DNA of 35,583 nucleotides. Source: Octopus bimaculoides (taxonomy: Eukaryota). The stretch covers positions 6,442,013 through 6,477,595 of the forward strand of contig NC_069002.1 in NCBI RefSeq assembly GCF_001194135.2, read 5' to 3'. Position numbers and translations under genes: made by a program. Numbering within the stretch: the stretch's first letter is position 1; each line of letters begins with the position of its first letter. Positions 10,429-21,800 of this stretch are shown in pieces. Below the pieces are notes generated by a model. That model was not told where the DNA came from. It did no database searches and saw only the letters and a list, made by a program, of their open reading frames with translations.

Positions 10429-13400
10429 GTAAGTAAATGAAAAAAAAAAAAAAAAAAGAAAGCTGGATTATATTCCATTGTATTTGTACCAATGTGTTTA
10501 AATTATTTAATTCTTTTTTGTTTTATTTATTTCCCTATCTTTAGCACACTGTAGTTGCATTATGTCACTGTATAAGTTTTCTCCCCTGTTGTAACAGGAC
10601 GGTGGCAGGAGAAACAGTGGTTAAAAAGGTTTAAAAAAGAAAAAAGTCTTTGGGTGTCATAAGGATTTATAAACTTTCAAAAGAATGTGAAATAATTTCT
10701 TTTTTGGAACAGTGGATCTCGAAGCGCATAAAGTCTATGGGAGATGTGGGTTTGAGTCCTATGGGGTAACATTTGACATTTTTTTTTTCTTTATACGAAA
10801 AGGTTTTACAACCAAATATTTGGCATGCTGTCATTTATAGCTTTATGTACTTTGAGATCCATTGTTCCAAAAAAGAATTATTTTTTTTGTTTTTTATTTC
10901 TGAAGTTGGTTGGCAAGATCTGTAGATTCTAGGCCTAAACATTTTGTAATTCTTTTTCAGAAGTATGTCAGTGTCATTCTGACACTTGTTACTTTCTGTC
11001 CATTTCTAAAAGCCATCAACCCCTTGCTGCTCAGGGTCCAATAAATACATTAAATTTGAAAAATCTTTTTGAAAAAATATGCAAAATCCACAGGAATACT
11101 TTAGTGGGGCCCCTTGTAGGCTTAGGGCTCACTTTTTACCAACTCTTGCCTTATAATTCATTCATCTTCAGTTTGCTTCTGTTTTTTTTTACCTACATTT
11201 ATTTATATGGTTATTTTATTAGCAAGGATATGTCCATTTTTTTTTCCTTTCTCTTCTTTTTTTCAGTATCTTGCAATCTTTTTAAGGGCAGGAACAAACG
11301 TGTGTCATTTAAATTGAGACGTCCATGCTGGTGATTTCTAAACAGAATGAAATAGTGATATATATATATATATATATATATGAATACCTCTCACTAGAAG
11401 ATTTAAGAACTCTGTAATAAACAAAAGAAAAAAAGAAGAAAAATTAAATGTGCATTCTGTGCATATTTTTCCTTATAGTTCCTTAATTTTAAATGCAAAT
11501 TTTTAATCTTGCCAAATATGAAGAAATGATTATCTCCTTCAAAGATGACTGTTGTAAATACTTTGGACTGACCAAAGCTTTGTGAGTGGATTTGATTGAT
11601 GGAAACTGAAAGATTATGGTTTCAATTCCTAGAGCAGGCGGTGGATTGTTTTTGAACAAAGCATTTCATCTCGTATTGCTCTGCAATCACTTTGACCCCT
11701 GACATGTGGTACACCATGCACCTGTTCGGGCAGCATCAGCTTGATGGACGAAGTGAGCTAATGTACAGCATGGACCTTTGATAACTATAAACAAATCATT
11801 TGTGCAGGTCATCTTCAACAGCAAAGTCCATCATATATGCGTGTGTGTGTGTTTGTGTCTCTGTAACTTAACAGTCCAGTAAAAGACATTGATAGAGTAA
11901 GTACCAGGTTTGAAAGAATGTAAGGTGGTGATCCCGTATGGCTGCAGTCTAATGACTGAAACAAGTAAAATATAAATGAGAAAATCAGATCTGTTGTTTT
12001 TTCTTTTGTACTTTTCCTCAATTGCTTATCAACGAGGTCACACAGAGAGAAACATGGTTACCCATTTTTAGCTGTAATTAGGTCATATGTAGCTAATTTG
12101 ATTAGACAGGTTGTGTAACACGCTAATGAACATTGACAGATTTGGTTTCAAATTTTGGTAGGAATTGGCTTTAAGTATTGGCATGGCTGTATGGTTAAGA
12201 CACTTGGTTTGTAAACAGCTATAAAAGCTTTTCCTCTTTATTTTGACAAAAAAGTCCAATGTTTGTATGACTATAGAATTACTGGGATATACAATATTTT
12301 TTTTTGTCAATTACTGAGGAAATGTGCTGCTGGTTCTTCGAAACATGTGTATATTAATGCATGAAAGTACTAGTAATGTTTTCTGTTTCTTATTATACAC
12401 ATAATAATGTTTGGATTTTTTGTATTATTATTATTATCCTTATTATTATTATTATTATTATATATGGCAGCAATCAAAAATTGATTGTTGGATCACTCAT
12501 TATATTTAACCCAGGGGTTTTCAAACCGTGGTCCGCAGACCACAGGGGGTCCGCAAGGACAAGACAGGGGGTCCGTGGACAGCAAATACTTTTTATGGGC
12601 AATTTGATTTTATATATGTTTTTTAATCGAAATCTTTTAATTGATAATAAACCTATTTGTTAAATACTGTTAAATAAATAAATGTAAGAATATATGTTAT
12701 TCTAAGCAAATATTTATGTATAAATTTCATAAGCGTTTATAAGGTAAAGCCTGAAATATAAAGGGGTCCGCAAGTCAAAAAGTTTGAAAACCCCTGCTTT
12801 AGCATATCAAGCTCAAATATTCTATATTCAAAGCTATTTAAGGNNNNNNNNNNTGCAAGCATAGAAAAGTGGACCTTAAAATTACTCAAATGTCTTCTAC
12901 AAGAGCCTCAGGTTTTTCCAAAAGTTGTTTTGAATGAAATTTCATAGGTTGAAGCCATGTTGAAGTCTGTTGCAGCAATGTCTTCCTGTGGTTGTCAGGT
13001 AGACTGCATCTGTTGTCCGAATCGGATACATCGACTCCAATTTTTTTTTTTGTTCTTTTTTGCCCTTAACTGTGGAAATCAAATTCATATAACAATAATT
13101 TATTTTATTTATTTTATTTTTTTTTTTTTGATGAATGTTATATTTGAAACTATTTTCCATTGCGATATGTCAAGTTTATTGGTGCAGCCCCCTTAGCTTA
13201 CCAGCCCTGGTCAAATCATCCAACCCATAAACAACACACATTAAATGATGATGATGATGATGATGATGGTGATGAGAGCAAACAGTGATGCTTGGCATAG
13301 TCTTTTGACTTGCCAGCATAGAAAGCTGACATTAAATGATGAGGAGGATGATTTAACATCATCACAAGAATAGCTGTGAAATTCAATTATGTCATAAAAC

Positions 13401-16400
13401 GGTTAACGCAACCACCTGGGCCCCATTGAGTACCGTGAGCAGAATCTACTTAGCTGCAAGCTTTTTCACTAGGTGTCCATTCTGAGAATAACTTCCTTTT
13501 ATCAGTCATAGAGGCCTCAAGAATTTCAAGGCATCTGTCTAAGTGATAATACATTTATAAAAAAAAAAAGCCCAAAATTTTGCACATTCTGAAATTGTAA
13601 ATCAATATTTTATGTGAAAATTATTTTCATTCTTTTTCTTTATGTCTTTGTTTTGTGTTTATATATTTAAAAAAAAATTTCTTTTGTTTTTAGCATGGCT
13701 TGGGGTAGACAGAGCTGCAATTTTTTAATAATTACATTTCTTTTTTAACTTTTAAAAATTGTTGGTTCTGTTTTTTTATCTTTTTTTCTGTTCCTTATAT
13801 ATGCGTGTCAAACCAATGCTATCAAATCTATGCCATTATAGAAAAGTGACATTAAATGATGATGATGATTGTGGGTGCGTGTGTTTGCTTGATTTCAAGT
13901 AGTCCCTGTGTTATATAATACGAAAATACGTGGCCCCGTTGGTAGGTTTTTGCGTTTGCGACCAAAACGTTGTGGGTTTGATCCTTGAACTGTGTGGTGC
14001 ATTGGTTTCTATTTCATGTTGCTGCTGAGTGGAGCCTCACAGACTGTTACTCTAGAATTTTTCAAGACGTCAGTGGTACTTGGCAACAACTGCACCCAAC
14101 CCTGCATTTATTGGAGATAGAATAATAGGCCAAGAGTGTAATTGAATACCATTGTTTACTACTTACTGAAATGTGGCGGTGGGAAGGTTTGTTTTTTTCA
14201 CTACCACCACCACCAGCCAGACCCACCACCGTCATCATTGCCGCCATCATCACCACACCAACACCAGACCCACCACCATCACCACCACCAACACCACTTA
14301 TCTTCCATCCTTGGTGCAAACTAATCGAAAGGACAGAACAAATGTTTCACTGCTTAATCACCTTATGAAACAACCCTCTTATGTGGGTTGCTTGACCCGT
14401 TAGAAATATCAGTGAAATCTCCCTTATATATATCTTTGTGTCATGTCTACCGCTTGACAACTAATGTTGGTTTACATCCCCATAACTTAGCGGTTCAGCA
14501 AAGGGGAACGGAAGAATAACTACTACGCTTAAAAGATAAATCCTGGAGTTGATTTGTGTAACTAAAACCCTTCAAGTTAGTGCTCCGGCATGGCCACAGT
14601 CAAATGATTGAAACAGGTAAAAGAATGAAAGAATATTAAGGGTTTTAGTTGAACAAATCAATCACAGGACTTATTTATAAGTCTAGTACTTATTCAGTTG
14701 GCTAAGTTACAGGGATGTAAACACACTAACACCGGTTGTCATGTAGTGATAAGCACAGACACAAAGTCTCTACGACAGGCTTCTTTGAGATTCTGTCTAC
14801 CAAATCCACTCACAAGGCTTTCGTCGGCCCGAGGCTATAGTAGAAGACACTTGTCTAAGATGTCATGCAGTGGGACTGAACCTGGCACCATGTTATTGGG
14901 ATGGAAGCTTCTTACCACACACTAGAGAAACTGAGAAACCAACTTTATGCTCCTTATGTAGTAATGTGGTCTAATGATTTATTTTGTTTTTGATGATCAC
15001 TTCCTGCCTTCCTTCCTTTCAATGTAGAAATGGGAAAAATCTACAAGTAGATTGGATGTATTTATATATCCCTGACTGTAGAGCTATAACTCTAGGCATT
15101 TGTGCGTGTGTGTGCTTATGTCTTTCACTAAGCTGGTATTTGGTGCATAAATTAACATGACATTTTGATTGAGAATTTTAATTTAGGTCAGTTTGTCCAT
15201 TTTTGTTGCAGAATTTCTGTTGAAATGTACTGCCTTTGTTTTAATTAGTTTTCAAAATAACGAATGATTATAAGTAAAATGTCTGTCATTTATTTCCCCC
15301 AAAACAACAAAGGATGAAGTAAAACAACTTACCCCATTTTTGAGTCAGTTTTTGGAACTTAGGGTATCATAAAATTTCGATTAGGCATGTGTGTAGGTGT
15401 ATTTGTATGTACCTTTGGATTTAGTAAGATAACTGTGTCGTTAATTAAGCTGGTATTTTGGTGCATAAATTAACATGAAATGTCAACGGAAGTTTGTAAT
15501 TTAGATCTCTTTAATCTTTTTTCCCACCATATTTCTCTTCAAATACACTGCCTGTGTTACAATTAATTCTGAAAGCAATGAAGAATTTGTCCTTATTTAG
15601 CTGGTGATTGAAGCATAAATTAACAAGAAATTTTGACTGAGGGTTTTAAATTAGATCTCTTCAAGCCTTTCGTCGCCATGTTTCTATTAAAATACACTGC
15701 CATTGGTTCAAATAATTTAAAAAATAATGAACAATTGATTAAAAGCTGGTGTTTGAAATATGTATTAACAAAAATTTCAATGGAAGGTTCTGATTTAGAT
15801 AACTTTAAGCCTTTTGTTACTAAAATAACTTTCTCGTTATTAATTAAGCTGTTGTTAACATAAATTAACCTGAAATTTTGATGGAAGGTTTTAATGAAGA
15901 TAATTTTAATCCCTTTGTTATTATGTTTCTATTGAAATTCAATGTCTTTGTTTCAATTCATCTTTAATGAATAATTTGATAAAACAACTTTGGTGTTTAG
16001 AATATATTTTGAGGGAAGGTTTTGTATATATTTTCAGTGGTCTTGACGTTTGTCAATTGTAAGGACGTGAAGTGGGCCACTCGTGTACAAGACATCTTCA
16101 CTTATGCCAAAGTCTTGGCGTTACTGCTCATTATCATTACCGGCTTCGTACAGCTAGCTCGAGGTAAGCAAGCACTTTATGTTTGCCTTTTTTTTTGTTG
16201 TTGTTGTTGTCTGCACAATTTATGTCGACTGAATTTTGCTCACAAATATTCTATGGTCAACCAGACATAATGAATGAAGATACTTGCCCAAGATGCCACA
16301 CACTCAGGTTGACATTGGAGCAAGTCGTTGTTTGTGATGTGGACTTTAAATCATATGATCTCAGATGCTCCCATTAATAAAGCGAGGATAATTGATAGAA

Positions 16401-18803
16401 AAAAGCTAGAAGTAGGAAAGTCTAAGTGAAGGTCACTCAGTAATTAATACAACTATTGATTTACTGGATTAATTAGTGTTGTTAATTTTTATGCTGCAAT
16501 ACTCTAAGCATTGTACTTTGTGCAACATTGCACAGCAATTACACTCTTTCTTTTACCCTTTTACTCTTTTACTTGTTTCAGTCATTTGACTGTGGCCATG
16601 CTGGAGCACCGCCTTTAGTCAAGCAAATCAACCCCAGGACTTATTCTTTGGAAACCTAGTACTTATTCTATCGATCTCTTTTGCTGAACCGCTAAGTTAC
16701 GGGGACGTAAACACACCAGCATCGGTTGTCAAGCAATGTTGGGAGGACAAACATATACACACAACATTTATATATACATATATACGACGGGCTTCTTTCA
16801 GTTTCCGTCTACCAAATCCACTCACAAGTCTTTGGTCGGCCCGAGGCTATAGTAGAAGACACTTGCCCAAGGTGTCACGCAGTGGGTATAAAAAATTTTT
16901 TTTTTTTTTTGTGTCTTTGGTCAGTAAGTATTGTTTCCATTTAGCTTCTGTCTAGAAATCAAAGAAAATGATTTAATTCTCTTCAAACTTTGTTTTTGTG
17001 ACCTGGATGTCACAGTTTTTGAAACTGAGCGATTTTTCCATTACATTTCCGACAGGTTCGGTGCTGCGTTGCTCAAGCAGAAATATCATTGTGGCAAATA
17101 ATATTCTGCGCAATACTGCAGATTTGCATATCAGTTGTGTGACCGTAACCACTTGAGCATGTCCCTTAGTGGCTGACAATATGTGCAGTACATTTGATAG
17201 AGTAATTTGGATATTAAAGGGATGAAGTTTGTAGGGGTGTAATTTGAGGGAGGTTTGGTTGATGTCTGTACCCGGTCAAAACAACCATGTGGAGGTTCCT
17301 TCAGTAGCTCGTTGTTGGTAATGACAGAGGTATTGAGTCTTCTTTATTTTCTATTTTTTTTTCTAGGAAATTTTGAGTATCTTCAGAATTCATTTGAAGA
17401 CAGTGAAACAGATGTTACGAAAATCGCTCTTGCATTTTATTCTGGTCTTTTTGCTTACAATGGATGGTAAGTAGCACTTTTCGTTATTCGTTCCTCTTTG
17501 ATTTCCGACAATATCCACAGTGATCTTCGGTAAAATCAATGCTATTGATTTCCTACTTCCACTACCACACACCAGTGGAACTTTAATTAATTGTATATCA
17601 ATTATATCAACCAGCAAATTAGCTGAATCCTTAGAGCAGTCAATACAATACCTTGCTTGACACTTGGCGTTTCTGTGTTCAAATCCTACCAAGGTCAGCT
17701 TCATATTTTTATACTTGTGGGGCTAAATAAAAAAAGTACCGCTCCAATGCAGTGGATTAGCAAAACTGTAAGAACAACTGGATGCTTTGCGGAATTTGTT
17801 CTGACACTTTTTCACTCTGAGTTCAAATCCTGTTGTGGCCTACCTGGGTCATAGATTTAACCTGTTACCCAGTTCACTACCTTGGGTGCTTTTAGCAGAA
17901 TCTACCCAGTTGCAAGTATTCAAACTCAGGGCTCCAGTTTGCAGATACCTTCCTCCCTTTTGTCCACTCAACTGGGAGGCCATATAATGGATTGAGGGCA
18001 CTGTCTTCACACCTGATTGAAAAGATAAAAAACTACCCTACACTCCCTGCATTTGAGGTACCTTTTAGTCATTGTGTAAGCATGTGACTTACTGGCTAGG
18101 ATATTCATCTCACAATCATAAGGCTGTGAGTTCAATTCCCAGTGACAGACTGTGTCCTTGAGCAAGACTCTTTATTTCACATTGCTTCAGTCTGCCCAGC
18201 TGGCAAAAATGAGTAGTACCTGTATTTCAAAGGAATGGCCTTGTCTTCTTCTGTGTCATGCTGAATTTCCCTGAGAACTATGTTACGGATATGCGTGTCT
18301 GTGGAACACTCAGCCACTTGCATGTTTATTTCGCAGGCAGGCTGTTCTGTTCATCAGATAAACATGGAACCCTTGTCACTATTACTGACAGAATGCCAGT
18401 TTGTCATTCATTGCAAATCGAATGACCACAGATGAGTTTACTTCGTTAACTCCATACATTTTACAGTCACGATCCGGTACCTCGTTCACCTTGTTCTGTC
18501 TAGTGCTCACTTGTTTGTGTCAACTGGTTGCTACGAAAGCTTCAGCGAATTGACACTATTTCCCCCCTCTCTTTCTCTCTCTCTCTCTCTCTCTTTTGCT
18601 CCTTCCTAGTTACTCTCACCCACCCTTCTCTATTGTTGTTAAGCCATTTAAATCTCTACAGTGAAAAAGAAAAAATCGTGTTCTCTTCTGGTTCTTTCTT
18701 CTTATTTTAACCTTTCATTCCCTTGTACGAATTGACAGCCTACATGATGACCTCACTTAGTGCTGGTGTCAGTGAAAATGTACTCAGTACACACTGTGAT
18801 GTG

Positions 18804-18834
<31 letters not shown>

Positions 18835-21800
18835 NNNNNNNNNNNNNNNNNNNNNNNNNNNNNNNNNNNNNNNNNNNNNNNNNNNNNNNNNNNNNNNNNN
18901 NNNNNNNNNNNNNNNNNNNNNNNNNNNNNNNNNNNNNNNNNNNNNNNNNNNNNNNNNNNNNNNNNNNNNNNNNNNNNNNNNNNNNNNNNNNNNNNNNNNN
19001 NNNNNNNNNNNNNNNNNNNNNNNNNNNNNNNNNNNNNNNNNNNNNNNNNNNNNNNNNNNNNNNNNNNNNNNNNNNNNNNNNNNNNNNNNNNNNNNNNNNN
19101 NNNNNNNNNNNNNNNNNNNNNNNNNNNNNNNNNNNNNNNNNNNNNNNNNNNNNNNNNNNNNNNNNNNNNNNNNNNNNNNNNNNNNNNNNNNNNNNNNNNN
19201 NNNNNNNNNNNNNNNNNNNNNNNNNNNNNNNNNNNNNNNNNNNNNNNNNNNNNNNNNNNNNNNNNNNNNNNNNNNNNNNNNNNNNNNNNNNNNNNNNNNN
19301 NNNNNNATATATATATATGTATGTATAGGTGTGTTTGTGTGTATATATGTATATATAATACACTCTCTGAGTGGTTGGCGTTAGGAAGGGCATCCAGCTG
19401 TAGAAACTCTGCCAAATTAGATTGGAGCCTGGTGTTGCCATCCGGTTTCACCAGTCCTCAGTCAAATCGTCCAACCCATGCTAGCATGGAAAGCGGACAT
19501 TAAACGATGATGATGATGATGATGATGATATATATATATATATATAGACAGATTGATAGATATATTTTGGTATATATATATATATATATATATACCGTCC
19601 AACCCATGCTAGCATGGAAAATGGACGTTAAATGATGATGATGATGATCCTTAATTTTTTAAATATATTTTAATATATATATATTTATTTACATATAAAC
19701 ACACATACACACAAGCTTCTTTTAGTTTCCTTCTGCCAGTCTACTCACGTGGATTAGAGAAGACACTTTTATCATTATCATCACCATCATCATCGTTTAA
19801 CGTCTGTTTTCCATGCTGGCATGGGTCGGATGGTTCGATCGGGGTCTGGGAAGCCAGGAGGCTGCACCAGACTCCAATCTGATCTGGCAGTGTTTCTACA
19901 GCTGGATGCCCTTCCCAACGCCAACCACTCCGAGTGTGTAGTGGGTGCCTTTTACGTGCCACTGGTACAGTGGCCAGAGGTGACTGGCATCGACCACGTT
20001 TGGGTATATTTTTTCTTTACTTTAATAACTTTTTAAACTCTATTTCCAAGTATTTTTGATTATTTTAATTATATTTTATTTGTTGATTTATTTATTTGTT
20101 TTCTTTCTTTTCTTTTTTTCAGGAATTACCTGAACTTTGTAATTGAAGAACTAAAAGAGCCCTCCAAGTAAGACATTTAGTTCCTGTGTGTGTGTGGGTG
20201 TTGTGAGTTTTATTTTATCTCCTAATTTACCACTTTACTCAAAATGTCCTTCGTTAGACTTTAGCACAATTCTTATGTCCGATATCTATGAACAGCACGA
20301 GGTGTAAGTCTAGGTATGTTTGTGTAGTATGTAAATGGATGTGTGTATGTTAATGTATTATGCAGACACACATACACACATGATAATCATCTTTACATGC
20401 ATATACACATACATGCACACACATGCATACATACAATAGGATTCTTTCAATTTCTCCTACCAAATCCATTCACAAGGTTTTGGTCAGCCTAGGGCTATAG
20501 TAGAAGAGACTTGTCCAAGCTACCATGCAGTAGGACTGAACCTTCTACCATGTGTTTGGGAAGCAAACTTCTTCACCACTTACCCATGTGTATGCGTGTA
20601 TGTGTGTGTGTACTGGCAAATAACCTTGTGTTTATGTGCATCACTGCTTAGTGCTGTCACAGCGTATAAATGTGTAGGTGTGGAGGCAAAGTGGCCTTAA
20701 TTAAGAATCTCACCGATCAAAGGCATCCCAATGGCAAGTTGAGAAACATTACTTAGCTTTGGATTGAAAATAGGGAAGACATCTGGCGATAGAAAATCTG
20801 TCTCAGTAAAATCTGAAAGCTTAGAAAGGTGGATGTTAAAACGATAAGACTTAGTGGTGGTGGTGATAAGAATATATCTGATTACATTATCTAATTTTTT
20901 TTTTTTTTTTTTTTTTATGACATCACGGTACGATAATGGAGAATTTAATGAGATATATTTTTTTTATTACCTTTTGCTTTTTTAATTTTTTTTTGTCTGA
21001 ATTCAAGCAGTCAGTTATTGGTTTTTTTTGCTAGCTTTGACGAAAAATTTAAATTTTTTAGAATCATATAGGTCAGTTGAAATAGCTGGAAATGAAATTG
21101 TTAATAATTAAATCATATTTTTAAATTTGCTAGCTGGCAGGCTCGTTAACATGCTGGGCAAAATGCTCAGTGGCTTTTCATTTGTTTTTTTGTGTTCTGA
21201 GTTCAAATTCTGCTGAGGTTGATTTTTAACCTTTTATCCTTTTGGAGTCAATAAAATAAGCACCAGTTAAGCGCTGGGGTCGACGTAATTGTCTTGCCCC
21301 GCCCTTGAAATTGCTGACCTGGTACCAAAATTTGAAATCGGTGACTAATGCTTATTTTCAAGGCAGCAGAACTGGCAGACTTATTAGCATGCGGGGCAAA
21401 ATGGTAAGTGGGTTTTGTCCGTCTTAACATTCTGAGGTCAAATTTTGCCGAGGTTGACTTTCCCAACCACTGTTTGGCAACCAATGTTGGTGTGTTTATA
21501 TCCCTATGACCTAGTGGTTCAGCAGAAAAGACTGATAAAATAAGTACCAGGCTTAAAAGTATAATTACTGGGGTTGATCTGTTCAACTAAAATTCTTCAA
21601 TGTGGTGCCCCAGCATGACCGCAGTCTAATGACTGAAACAAGTAAAAACTAAAAGATACGTGAGCACACAAACACAAACAAAGAATATGATTAAATGGTA
21701 TTTTGTTGTATTGCAGGAACCTTCCAAAAGCCATCTGGATTTCCATCATAAGTGTGACCATCATTTATGTGTTTACGAACATCGCCTACTTCACCACAGT

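Noticed and set aside
8600-10700. ATF4 amino-acid response element (TGATGCAAT) expected near a LAT-type promoter
   Set aside because: I did not see a canonical match by eye; a motif scan is needed, so no claim is made either way.
12305-12355. Hammerhead-ribozyme-like CTGAGGA...GAAACATGTG
   Set aside because: Stem II does not close properly after the core, the cleavage triplet would end in G, and stem I pairing is poor; at best a decayed or chance match. An Infernal search with hammerhead models would settle it.
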